From positions 15,298-79,297 of the IMG/VR virus record IMGVR_UViG_3300030430_004991: a stretch of 64,000 nucleotides of DNA. The stretch is one strand, 5' to 3'. Positions 47,789 through 57,500 of the stretch are shown piece by piece; position 1 is the first letter of the stretch; each line of letters starts with the position of its first letter. The notes under the pieces are model-generated. The model did no database searches, had not been told where the DNA came from, and saw only the letters and a program-made list of their open reading frames with translations. The DNA comes from a virus. Made by a program: the position numbers and the translations under genes.

Positions 47789-48012
47789 TTTTTGTCTCCT
47801 GTTTTTAAATCAAAATTCTTTAAGTATCCTAACATAGCACAATCTCTAGAGATTCTTGTTGCCAACTCAAACACACTAGTGTTAATTGAATAATTACCGG
47901 TGACACCTTTCTTGTCAATTGTCTCGGAGATACTATCACATTCTTCTCTTATTTTTTCTATGTTTAATTGTAAATCTTTCAATAAATACATTTGCAGGTC
48001 TATTTTTTTCAT
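47785..48012 (-). CDS. hypothetical protein
   Basis: 75 aa, 4-nt overlaps on both sides. Confidence 0.65.
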   Translation of the reverse strand: MKKIDLQMYLLKDLQLNIEKIREECDSISETIDKKGVTGNYSINTSVFELATRISRDCAMLGYLKNFDLKTGDKK

Positions 48013-48863
48013 TTGTCGCCACTCTTCTTGGAAGTAGCACCTTCAATTTCATTCCAGTCTAGATTTTTTCGTACTTCTAGGTTTTTTTCCCATGCTGCCC
48101 TCATTACTTTCGGATCTACACCAAGATTTAAACTTTTTTTAATTAATGCATTTAAATCTTTAGGGAAGCATTTACCTCCGAAACCCATGTTTCCATCATG
48201 ACCCGGAACATCAATGTGTGAATTACCTATTCTTCCATCTGATATAAAACCATCGAGGGCTGTGTTCCAGTCCGTTTCAAGAGCATCGCAAATCTGTTTC
48301 ATCTCGTTCATGAATGAAATTTTTGTTGCAAAAAAACAATTACACATATACTTTATAAGTTCTGCTGTTTTTGAATCGGTTTTTATAATTTTAGTGTAGG
48401 GAAACCTATTTCTATAGAGTGTCTCCAAAATTTTAAGATTCTCTTCTTTTCCTCCTAAAATTATTCTAGAAGTATTTATAAAATCTAGGCGAGACCTTCT
48501 TTGTGTAAGAAATTCCGGATTAAACACAAAACGTAATGACGGAAATTTATTTTCTAGTGAAACAGTTGTACCAGGTACAACTGTGGATTTTATAACAAAA
48601 ACCTTGCTTTTCAAATTCAATTGAAGAGATAAAATCTCTTCAAAACATCCATAAATAATTGAAAGATCGCACTCTCCGTTTTCTTGCATTGGAGTTGGCA
48701 AACACATAAAAATAATATCACTATTTTCAATCGTCTCTTTAAGTGTATTGTTACTTACAGATTTTTTCTTATCGTACACATAAATGTGATCTGTGTGTAA
48801 AATAAAACCATGAAGTATGGCAGATCCCACAAACCCATTTCCTATTATTCCTATGTTTTTCAC
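48009..48863 (-). CDS. ugd: UDP-glucose/GDP-mannose 6-dehydrogenase (short form)
   Basis: GIIGNGFVG, CLPTP, KSTVVPGTT, FNPEFL, AELIKY..N, GFGGKCFPKD. Confidence 0.9.
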   Translation of the reverse strand: MKNIGIIGNGFVGSAILHGFILHTDHIYVYDKKKSVSNNTLKETIENSDIIFMCLPTPMQENGECDLSIIYGCFEEILSLQLNLKSKVFVIKSTVVPGTTVSLENKFPSLRFVFNPEFLTQRRSRLDFINTSRIILGGKEENLKILETLYRNRFPYTKIIKTDSKTAELIKYMCNCFFATKISFMNEMKQICDALETDWNTALDGFISDGRIGNSHIDVPGHDGNMGFGGKCFPKDLNALIKKSLNLGVDPKVMRAAWEKNLEVRKNLDWNEIEGATSKKSGDK

Positions 48864-49735
48864 TGTTCGCCTCCATTACTAAAGCACTTATTGATACCAG
48901 TTACCAAATCCATTTTTGGTACCCAGCCTATTTTTTTCAATGGTTCCATGTTTGCTCGCGTGGTGAAAACATCACCCTTTCTAGCTTCAACATATTTAAA
49001 TTTAATTTTGTGGTGTTTTTCTATAATTTCTTTTATTTCATTAAGTGAAATGTTTTGGCCAGTTCCTACATCATAATTTTTGCCTTTAAATTGTTTTTTG
49101 TAATTCATAGCAAAAATGTTAGCATCGACGACATCATGAACGTATGACATGTCTCTTCTTTGATTGCCGTCACCGGTTATAAAAGGTGTTTTGTTTTCAC
49201 AGATACACTTCATCCAATTTGCAATTGCAGTTGCATAAGGGCCCTCCGCCTTTTGGTCTTCTGAATATACATTAAAATACCTTAAACTAACTGTATCTAG
49301 GCCATACAACTCCGAATATAATTTACACTCCATTTCTGAAATTAATTTTTGTAGCCCATACGGACTTGACGGTCCATTACCATTTCCCACAACTGAGGAA
49401 GAGCCAGAATAGATAACCCTTTTGGCGCCGACTTTTTTGGCAAAATTTAACAACACAGTTGTACTTAAAACATTATTTTTAGTTGTTTCAACCGGGTTTT
49501 CTACACTGTATGCTACTCTTGGTACACAAGCCAAATGAAAAATAAATTCTGGTTTGAAATCGTAATACGTGGGATTAAATCCTCCACTATCAGATTCTTT
49601 CAGTGCTTCTATGATATCATAAGAGGCACCATCTTTATAATCTAAACCTATAACCTGGTGGCCTAAATCTTTTAGTTTTTTAAATAACTTTGACCCTATA
49701 TAACCCTTATGACCGGTTACTAAACATTTACTCAT
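48860..49735 (-). CDS. NAD-dependent nucleotide-sugar epimerase/dehydratase
   Basis: VTGHKGYIG, YGLQK, LRYFNVY, GDGNQRRD; start moved to ATG 49735 (GGAG SD). Confidence 0.92.
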   Translation of the reverse strand: MSKCLVTGHKGYIGSKLFKKLKDLGHQVIGLDYKDGASYDIIEALKESDSGGFNPTYYDFKPEFIFHLACVPRVAYSVENPVETTKNNVLSTTVLLNFAKKVGAKRVIYSGSSSVVGNGNGPSSPYGLQKLISEMECKLYSELYGLDTVSLRYFNVYSEDQKAEGPYATAIANWMKCICENKTPFITGDGNQRRDMSYVHDVVDANIFAMNYKKQFKGKNYDVGTGQNISLNEIKEIIEKHHKIKFKYVEARKGDVFTTRANMEPLKKIGWVPKMDLVTGINKCFSNGGEQ

Positions 49736-49772
49736 TTTTACTCCTTTTTTTAAATTTTTAATTGTTTGTTTT

Positions 49773-50357
49773 TTATGATAAATTATACACACAAGAATAA
49801 TAATTTTTCACGTTCGGTTTGAAAAATTCTACTTTGATTTCTTCAAATAAATCAACATCTAAATAATTTATTCCTGATGGGCCGCTTAAATATGTTTCTG
49901 CGTTAAGAGCCCTGCAAATATCTACTAGTAATTCTGTTTTACTGCCGGAAACACCTAATTGTGATGCATATACAATGGGTGTTTCTATTTTCATTTGTTC
50001 CCTAGCCCACTCAATACCTCGCATGTTTATTTCTAGTAATGTATTGTAAGAATAAATTTCAGAAAAATCATGGCCAAAGTTGTAACTTATCTTATTTACA
50101 ACCTTTCTATACCACTGATTCTGTGCTTTATCATTCACCAGCACGTCTTTTATTATTGTAGAAGAGCAGTTTTTTGATACCGGGACACCAAACCACTCAT
50201 CTATTCCGTTTTTATTCGGAAAACGATTTCTATTTTGAAAATAGTTTTTTCGAAATCTTACATTATCTAGGCACACAAATACGTCGCTTTTTTTCATTTT
50301 TTGAAAAAAACCCATGTATGGAAAGTGTTCTGGTTGATGTATTGTTACTATCATCAA
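49773..50357 (-). CDS. wbqC: WbqC-family protein
   Basis: IHQPEHFPYMGFFQK, FQNRNR, TYLSGPSG. Confidence 0.88.
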   Translation of the reverse strand: MMIVTIHQPEHFPYMGFFQKMKKSDVFVCLDNVRFRKNYFQNRNRFPNKNGIDEWFGVPVSKNCSSTIIKDVLVNDKAQNQWYRKVVNKISYNFGHDFSEIYSYNTLLEINMRGIEWAREQMKIETPIVYASQLGVSGSKTELLVDICRALNAETYLSGPSGINYLDVDLFEEIKVEFFKPNVKNYYSCVYNLS

Positions 50358-50995
50358 TAAACCTGCTTTTGAAAATTGTAAATCTCATAGTGTTTATTAT
50401 TTTTACATGTAAAATTTTCTAAGTAAAATGCTCTTCCTAGATTGTAATGTTCTTCACTTTGCAAATAATACCCTAGTTTGCTGTATGATTGTTCGTTATC
50501 TATATTATACTTATCAACACATGTCTTTTTTAAATTATACAAAGAATCTGATAGTGTGATCCAACAGTTTGGTTTAAAATTAGTAGAACTCGGTGAGTAA
50601 ATAGTGATAAACCTAGACGAGTACTTAAACATGCCCCTAGCGATTAAGTTGCATGCAAAGTGATCGGTGTGGTTATCTTCTTTATCATGGGAAACCAAAT
50701 CAAAATTGTTTTTAAAGTCAATCATTTTATAAAATTTATCTTTCAAGTCATCTACGTTAGACATTAAAGTTCTTTGGTTGAATAAGAAATTATGATAATT
50801 AATACGGATATTAAAAAAATTCTGTATTAGTTCTAGATTTTTAGACCAAATTTTTTCTTTTTTATGCCACTTGCATGCAATAAAAATGTTAATTTTATTA
50901 TATTCGTTACAAAACTTTTCTAAATGTGATAAGCACGAAATCTCAAAATCGTCAATGTGCGCTATAAAATAATATACATCCTTTTTCTTTTTCAT
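50354..50995 (-). CDS. PIG-L/LmbE-family deacetylase
   Basis: AHIDDFE and DNHTDH metal motifs. Confidence 0.72.
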   Translation of the reverse strand: MKKKKDVYYFIAHIDDFEISCLSHLEKFCNEYNKINIFIACKWHKKEKIWSKNLELIQNFFNIRINYHNFLFNQRTLMSNVDDLKDKFYKMIDFKNNFDLVSHDKEDNHTDHFACNLIARGMFKYSSRFITIYSPSSTNFKPNCWITLSDSLYNLKKTCVDKYNIDNEQSYSKLGYYLQSEEHYNLGRAFYLENFTCKNNKHYEIYNFQKQVY

Positions 50996-51963
50996 AACTC
51001 CTCCAGAAATTTTATTAAATCTTTATTTTGATCCATAAAGTTATATTTTTTGTAAACATATTTTTGCAATTTGTCTGAAAAAAATTGACGCTTTTCATGA
51101 TCTAATATCAACATTCGCAGATTATATTCCCAAGATTCTTGACTATGACACACTATACCGCGATCATCAGATAAAATCTGAAAGGCTGAAGGGTAAAAGT
51201 CTGCTATTACCGGTATACCCAAAAAACCAAAAACAATTATTCGTCCTGGGTTTGTTGGCATTTTAAACCTTAAAAGATAGTCATCTTCAGAACAATTATA
51301 GTTATTTTTTATTGTATGTGCGAATGGAGGCTTTTCTTTAAAGGGAATTTTATTTGGACTTATTCCAATGTCACAATCAGCCAATTCATTATCAAAAATA
51401 CCCATATTCCACTGTACGAATGTGGTTTTTATGTTTTTGGGGTACCATTTTTCCATGGTGGATGGAGGAGCACCTTTATAAGACACTATTAACTCTAAGT
51501 CATAGTTTTTACCCAAATTTGACAAAGAAGGGGTTATTGTATTAGCCATGCTATTCAGGTGTATTTGGTTACCATGGTACCCTATCTTTATTTTATCTTT
51601 TTGGACATGTTTTTTCTTTTTTGCTTTAAATGCAGGAAACTCAGAATATCTAAAAATAGGAACCCCTACTTTTCGCCAATAATCTTCCATTTCAATACTA
51701 TCTATAATTATAAAGTCATATAATTTAGCACTCTCAATGACCGCATGGCTTCTTGGATCTATAATTCCAATTTTTGCTCTGGGGTTAATTTTTCGAAGGT
51801 CTTTAATTAAATGGTGTTCGTAAGTCATGACCAAAATAATGTCGAACTGATTAACTTTAGTACTTGGGCTGTATAGTTCTATATTTGGCAAAAACCTCAT
51901 GGAACCCCAGTACATAGTAGACGCTGGGGCTGTCATGTTGCCTGTGAGAAATAAAATTTTCAT
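50992..51963 (-). CDS. glycosyltransferase (GT-B fold)
   Basis: MKILF start, IGYHG, CDIGISP, GIPVIAD, C-terminal KKYN. Confidence 0.7.
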   Translation of the reverse strand: MKILFLTGNMTAPASTMYWGSMRFLPNIELYSPSTKVNQFDIILVMTYEHHLIKDLRKINPRAKIGIIDPRSHAVIESAKLYDFIIIDSIEMEDYWRKVGVPIFRYSEFPAFKAKKKKHVQKDKIKIGYHGNQIHLNSMANTITPSLSNLGKNYDLELIVSYKGAPPSTMEKWYPKNIKTTFVQWNMGIFDNELADCDIGISPNKIPFKEKPPFAHTIKNNYNCSEDDYLLRFKMPTNPGRIIVFGFLGIPVIADFYPSAFQILSDDRGIVCHSQESWEYNLRMLILDHEKRQFFSDKLQKYVYKKYNFMDQNKDLIKFLEEL

Positions 51964-53087
51964 TTGATTACCTCTTGTATGCATTTTTCGTATGTTTTAG
52001 TGAACCCAACTTGTGAATAATTTTTTGAATTGTCATTATTGTTTGTCACCATTTTACTATAATTTTTTACATCAACATGACTAGCGAAATTAACTCGGTT
52101 GGCTATGTTTTCAATTAGATTTCCACCTTTCGGTATTGTAAATCCATTAACTTTATCTATAATTGGAATCCCAGTCCACGAATTTATAATTGGTACCATA
52201 CCAGCCTTCATTGCAGTCGCTACAGAAGTGCAACATCCCTCGGAAGAAGCATGGAAGATAACATAAGAACAAATTTTACTTATCTTGTTAAATTTATCAC
52301 CACCCGGTGCAATAAATCCATGATAAAAAATGTTTTTTGAATTGTTAATAATTTTGCCATACTGGGACATAAACGCTGGCTCTTGAGGGCCACAGATATG
52401 TAAAAACTTATCTTTTTGTTTCAGGAACGCTTCCAAAACAAGATCTACACCCTTACAAATAAGACCATTCCCAGCAAAGCACAAAAAGTGATTTCTTTTT
52501 CTTGTTTTAATCCATTCTTTTTTAAACAACACCTTATCAGTAATTGCAGGATAAAAACTAAGAATTGGTTTTTTATACTTTTTAAAACTATTATAACTTT
52601 CAGTCCCTTTCTCTCCTACACAAAAAATATAGTCAGTATTTTCCATTATTTTTTCAAATACAGGTCCCAAAACTCTTGTCACTGTTCTCATTGGTGGTGC
52701 ATTTTGACCGGTCCTTTCGTTAAACATTCTATATCTTTCAATTGTTCTTTTATTAGAAATGTCCGGTTGGGGGCCCATTGCAAGTAAAACCTTTTTTTTT
52801 GCTTGTGAGGCTTTTGCGTATTTGACAAACTTATCTCCTGTGTTTCCAACTCCGAGACCTAAAAAAAGATCAAACTTTTTTTTAGGTGCCCAACTGTTGT
52901 TAGTTCTATCGATCAGATCAACAGAAAAGCCATTAATGTTTAAAATTTCAATAGCTTTTCTTATTTCCCAATTGTTTGTATGATGGTAATTGCCTATTCC
53001 ACTAATGAGTGGTTCAGTTTTGTAATACAATGCGGCTCTTTTATTTGTCTCAATGTGATCTAATTTTATATTTTCAATTAACTTCAT
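51960..53087 (-). CDS. glycosyltransferase family 4-like
   Basis: KGVDLVLEAF, SSEGCCTSVATAMKAGMVPI. Confidence 0.85.
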   Translation of the reverse strand: MKLIENIKLDHIETNKRAALYYKTEPLISGIGNYHHTNNWEIRKAIEILNINGFSVDLIDRTNNSWAPKKKFDLFLGLGVGNTGDKFVKYAKASQAKKKVLLAMGPQPDISNKRTIERYRMFNERTGQNAPPMRTVTRVLGPVFEKIMENTDYIFCVGEKGTESYNSFKKYKKPILSFYPAITDKVLFKKEWIKTRKRNHFLCFAGNGLICKGVDLVLEAFLKQKDKFLHICGPQEPAFMSQYGKIINNSKNIFYHGFIAPGGDKFNKISKICSYVIFHASSEGCCTSVATAMKAGMVPIINSWTGIPIIDKVNGFTIPKGGNLIENIANRVNFASHVDVKNYSKMVTNNNDNSKNYSQVGFTKTYEKCIQEVIK

Positions 53088-54346
53088 TTGGTTTTGCTTT
53101 CCTTTATAAATTCCAAAATGTATCGATTTTTATCACACTGGCCGTGGTTCTTTTTAAGTTTGAAGCCCTTAAAAATCTGCTCTAAAAACTTCACTAAATC
53201 ATTAACACTATTGAATTTCCACCCAGACACAATCTTCCATTGGCCGTCTTTGTCTGGTTGAGATCCCCTTTCGATTGGCCTTGTTTCAATGATTATTCTA
53301 TTGCAAGAGTTTGCAATTTTGATACCATTTTGTTTGTAGTTCAATGTATGATGAAAAACAGAAAACAATAAAATTGTATCATATTTCTTCAGTTTTTCGA
53401 TTTTATCTAAATTTTGTACAAAATAATTATTTTTTTTAGCCGTAATATTCGAAAGGATCTTACACGCAGTAATTATTCTATCATCAATGTCAAAGCCGTC
53501 TACATTGCACCCTCTATCATACAAATATTCACTCAAAATACCAGTGTTACAACCCACATCTAAAACTATTTCTTGTTCTTTAAAATAAATCTTATCCATA
53601 ATTTTAGATCTTGCTTTCATATTTCTGTGGGCATCTAAAAAAACTTCTCTAGTGTCGATAGCATGATAAAAGCCACTATCCGTGTTTGTTGTGTTTTGGT
53701 TCTTAAACAGTTTCACATTTGACAAATTTAATCTTGTTCCTGTTAAAACTTGATTTCCTATAGGAAAATTCATGTTTTTAAAATGTCTTTCCCAATCACC
53801 AATGCCATATTTTTCTTTGTCATATTTGGAGCAAAATCTTAAAAAATCATAAGTTGACAGTTGCTTAATTCCATCAGTTAATTTTACAGCCTGATCGTAG
53901 TCAACAAAATAACAAATGTCTTTTTCCTCACAGTATTTTATATTATCAGGCTTTACATCACCTTGATATACACCTAAATTTTTTTGTTCTATCATTGTGA
54001 ATATGACATCACCTATACTATAATTGCTAGAGGTTTTTAGATAATCTTGGATTATATAATTGTAGGTACTATTTTCCACAGATATTGATTTGTCAACCAT
54101 TCTTTCTAAAATAAATTCCCTATCAATATTACCATACTCATACACCACAGGTGCTGTTTGACATTGAGAGTCATTCAAAAACTTAATTATTTTATATTCT
54201 TCTTTTAAATCGTTTCTTTTATTTAAAGCGCGTTTAAATTGAATTTTTATAAAGTATTTCTTGTCTATGTCATGGCCAAATAAGCAATTTCTTCTTTCAT
54301 TTAAAAATATTTTATCAATTTTTATACTATCTATTATTTTTTTCAT
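53084..54346 (-). CDS. kinase-SAM methyltransferase fusion (WbdD-like domains)
   Basis: Kinase FIK..E..QGDVKPDNI..VDYD; methyltransferase VLDVGCNTG, GFD, SVFHH. Confidence 0.78.
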   Translation of the reverse strand: MKKIIDSIKIDKIFLNERRNCLFGHDIDKKYFIKIQFKRALNKRNDLKEEYKIIKFLNDSQCQTAPVVYEYGNIDREFILERMVDKSISVENSTYNYIIQDYLKTSSNYSIGDVIFTMIEQKNLGVYQGDVKPDNIKYCEEKDICYFVDYDQAVKLTDGIKQLSTYDFLRFCSKYDKEKYGIGDWERHFKNMNFPIGNQVLTGTRLNLSNVKLFKNQNTTNTDSGFYHAIDTREVFLDAHRNMKARSKIMDKIYFKEQEIVLDVGCNTGILSEYLYDRGCNVDGFDIDDRIITACKILSNITAKKNNYFVQNLDKIEKLKKYDTILLFSVFHHTLNYKQNGIKIANSCNRIIIETRPIERGSQPDKDGQWKIVSGWKFNSVNDLVKFLEQIFKGFKLKKNHGQCDKNRYILEFIKESKTK

Positions 54347-55009
54347 TTACAACCTACCCTGTACAATTAGTAAATTATTGGGTTTACCAGATGCGGTTAT
54401 CCCCATTGGTAATTCTATGGACTTGCCAAAGCGTGAAAGAAACCTCATTTCATGAAATGCTCCGAATCTAGTATTGTAATCATCAAATACCCAGATACAA
54501 TCTCTACTTTGTGTCTTTGAGAGTCTAATCACATCATAAAGTACTGCTCCTTTATCATGATTTCCATCAATCCAATAAAGATCTATTTTTCTATTATCAT
54601 TCATTATTTTTTCTGCCATGTGCATACTATTTCCTTTAGTAAAAACCGCAGTGTTGTATTTATCAACAAAATTATTTGACCTAGCATCTCTAATATCGCA
54701 TGAATAAGCAAAACCATCAATTAAATGTTGACTCAAATAATCAGCCATAACATAGAACTGGTAGCCTTCGGCCGTACCCACTTCAGCGAAATTATTAAAG
54801 TTAAAAAATTTAAACATTTCTTTAATAAAAATACCTCTATTGATCAATGTTTCAAATGCCTGTTTTTGTTGTAACTCGGTTAGTTGATTGGCGAGGCTTT
54901 TTCGCAATTGAGTTGGAAGATATGCTTTCTGCCAAACACCTGTATGGCCAGGGCTCATTTTGTACTTTTCTTTCTCATATGATGCTATAAAATCTTCAAT
55001 TGTTTTCAT
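54347..55009 (-). CDS. class I SAM methyltransferase (Methyltransf_24-like)
   Basis: AEVGTAEG, SCD, WIDGNH, VFDDY. Confidence 0.85.
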   Translation of the reverse strand: MKTIEDFIASYEKEKYKMSPGHTGVWQKAYLPTQLRKSLANQLTELQQKQAFETLINRGIFIKEMFKFFNFNNFAEVGTAEGYQFYVMADYLSQHLIDGFAYSCDIRDARSNNFVDKYNTAVFTKGNSMHMAEKIMNDNRKIDLYWIDGNHDKGAVLYDVIRLSKTQSRDCIWVFDDYNTRFGAFHEMRFLSRFGKSIELPMGITASGKPNNLLIVQGRL

Positions 55010-55896
55010 TATAAACTCTCCTTTATGAATTGCAAATATTTCTTTGATATAATAGACATATCCAAATCGCTATTTTGTCCCTTTTGATCACTTAAATTGT
55101 TAAACTCTAAAGAAACCGGGTTATACAAGTCTAAAGGTTCGAAGTCCCAATCCAGGTCTTTTATTACCACTGCATTGTTTCCAGCTATTTCTTTTGTGCC
55201 ACCAGAATCAGTGCATATTACTTTACAACCGCATGCTCTAGCGTCGATAACAACATTTGGGCAACAATCTAAAAATGCAAGATGAATAAAGTATTCTGCT
55301 CTCTTGTAAAGAGAGAATAATTGCTTTTGATTTAGATTCCCTACATAGTAAATGTTGTCTCTTAGGATTTGATCATGCTTTGGGACGAATCCAGCAATTA
55401 TAAGACCGTCTTGGGGATCAGAATTATTAAGAAAATACTGTATGTTGGACTGTAGTCGTTTGTGGGGTCGCCAGTTTGAAGCGCATGCCCATAGAGTTCT
55501 ATGTCTGTTAAAATTCAAAACAGGAGTGACATTGATCTCTTTTATATCTGCACCATTTTTTATGATAGTGAAATTCTTATGCTCTCCAAACCGCTTAAAG
55601 ATTAATTTTTTTCCAAATTCAGACTGAAAAATTACTCCTTGGGCAGCGTGGTAGGTTTTTTCAATGTTTAAATTTTGAGCGTTATAGTTTTGTGCTGTGT
55701 TGATGTAAATTCCGTCTAGTCTTAAAAACAAAGGTTTTTTAAAATTTGATTTATAAGTTTCAATAAAGCACAAGTGCACATCAGGTGGATTGCTGTGATC
55801 AAAGGTGCAGTTTTCACTATATTTGATCAATTTATTTGCAAAAGAATTTGGACCGCTAGCGCTTTTTAAATTTATGTTTTCTAGATGTATATTCAC
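55009..55896 (-). CDS. glycosyltransferase family 4
   Basis: SGPNSF, RPHKRL, DCCPNVVIDARACGCKVICTDSGG. Confidence 0.88.
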   Translation of the reverse strand: MNIHLENINLKSASGPNSFANKLIKYSENCTFDHSNPPDVHLCFIETYKSNFKKPLFLRLDGIYINTAQNYNAQNLNIEKTYHAAQGVIFQSEFGKKLIFKRFGEHKNFTIIKNGADIKEINVTPVLNFNRHRTLWACASNWRPHKRLQSNIQYFLNNSDPQDGLIIAGFVPKHDQILRDNIYYVGNLNQKQLFSLYKRAEYFIHLAFLDCCPNVVIDARACGCKVICTDSGGTKEIAGNNAVVIKDLDWDFEPLDLYNPVSLEFNNLSDQKGQNSDLDMSIISKKYLQFIKESL

Positions 55897-57500
55897 TTGA
55901 GCCTCTCATATGGTTCTTTAGATCTAATTTTTTGAGCAGTCTTGAATTGGGTGCTTTGTTTTATTTTGTCTACATTAAAAGGGTTCGTTCTGTTATAAAC
56001 ATACATAATCTCTTCAATAAATTCACTTTTTTCTCCGCAGATTTCTAGCATTGGAAGCATCATCGCTTGATCGTATGCTGTTTTATAATAGTCTCCATCA
56101 GAATCTTTTAAATCTTGTTGATTGATTTTTTTCCACAATAAAGTTTTAAATGTCCTAAGGTGAGAAGCCCTCCATTTGTCCTTGCGAAAGGTGTTGTTTT
56201 CTATTACTTCCTTGGGATATGGTGAAGGTTCGACTCCCATTTTTCCACTCGGATAATACACATAATTTCCATAAGTTAGAAGGCACTCTTTATCGCGATA
56301 AACTTGATTTAAATGCGATAAAACATTTATAGAAGATAACCAGTCATCTCCGTCAATAACAATGTTAACATTATTTTCTTCAGTGGAATATGTATTAATT
56401 ATTGAGGCAATATTTCCTAAAGCAAATTTTTTTGTTTTATTTTTAATGACTTCAAATCTGCTATCTCCACTTATTTGATCTTTAACAATTTTGTATGAAT
56501 CATCAGATGACATGTCATCAATCAAAAAACATTTATAATTATTGTATTTTTGCTGTTTTATGCTGGTAATGCATTTTTTTATCCACTTCTCCACATTGTA
56601 AAAAGGAATAACAATGATAAAAAAAGTTTCCTCTCCGGAGTGAAAATTAGCAGTATTCAGATTCCATAGGGATTCTACTGATGACCAAAAAACAGATTTT
56701 CGGGTACGCATGTAAGATAGTGTTTTACTTTTATCTGAAAACCATGATTCATTTTTGTGTTGAACATTCTCATTTAACATTAATTCACAACCAACTAGGC
56801 TAGCTTCTATAGTAATTCTCGGACACGTATCACCTCCTGGTGGGATATAAATTAATCCTTTAGATTCAGACATTTTTTCCAACAATTGTTTATGTTCGAT
56901 ACCCCATACTAATTCATATTTCAATTTTTGTTTCTTAGCAAATTCTATTGCTAGTTTTGCGCCTTTGATCCAAGAAGGGGAATTTAAAATCAACCATGTA
57001 TCATCTTTATGATTAGTATTAATAGTTTCTATAAAGTCCAAAGTATCATCAGACAACACAGAACTTAACACTCTGGAGTTGTCTAGGAAAGGAAATCGAT
57101 TTAAATATGCGATTTGTTGCTTTTTGGACATAAACCATACTAATTTTGCTTTCTTAAAAAAAATAGAAATTAATTTACCCCTTCTTTCTTTGTGGCATTT
57201 ACACTCACCGAATAGTGAAGCATGTTTTTCAGGTGATCTATGAATGCAAAATTTATAATCATATTCTAATACAACGTAGTTTAAATTTTGGGCAATGTAA
57301 ATTATCATGGAATCACTTAGGTGCGAAAAATTACCAAAAATCCAAAAAGAATTTTTATTTTTATCTAATAATTCTTTTGTGATTACAGAAGTTTTTACTT
57401 TTGTCACCGGGAGGAGGCTGCTTTCAATAAGAGCCTCAGATGTTAGCTCTGCTCCACCACTATATTCTTCTTTAAAATAATCTGATGCGAAAAAAATCAC
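55893..57500 (-). CDS. fused GT-B plus GT2 glycosyltransferase
   Basis: N-terminal GGAE...DTCPRITIEA; C-terminal VIPFYN..IDDMSSD..IDGDDWL. Confidence 0.85.
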   Translation of the reverse strand: MIFFASDYFKEEYSGGAELTSEALIESSLLPVTKVKTSVITKELLDKNKNSFWIFGNFSHLSDSMIIYIAQNLNYVVLEYDYKFCIHRSPEKHASLFGECKCHKERRGKLISIFFKKAKLVWFMSKKQQIAYLNRFPFLDNSRVLSSVLSDDTLDFIETINTNHKDDTWLILNSPSWIKGAKLAIEFAKKQKLKYELVWGIEHKQLLEKMSESKGLIYIPPGGDTCPRITIEASLVGCELMLNENVQHKNESWFSDKSKTLSYMRTRKSVFWSSVESLWNLNTANFHSGEETFFIIVIPFYNVEKWIKKCITSIKQQKYNNYKCFLIDDMSSDDSYKIVKDQISGDSRFEVIKNKTKKFALGNIASIINTYSTEENNVNIVIDGDDWLSSINVLSHLNQVYRDKECLLTYGNYVYYPSGKMGVEPSPYPKEVIENNTFRKDKWRASHLRTFKTLLWKKINQQDLKDSDGDYYKTAYDQAMMLPMLEICGEKSEFIEEIMYVYNRTNPFNVDKIKQSTQFKTAQKIRSKEPYERLK

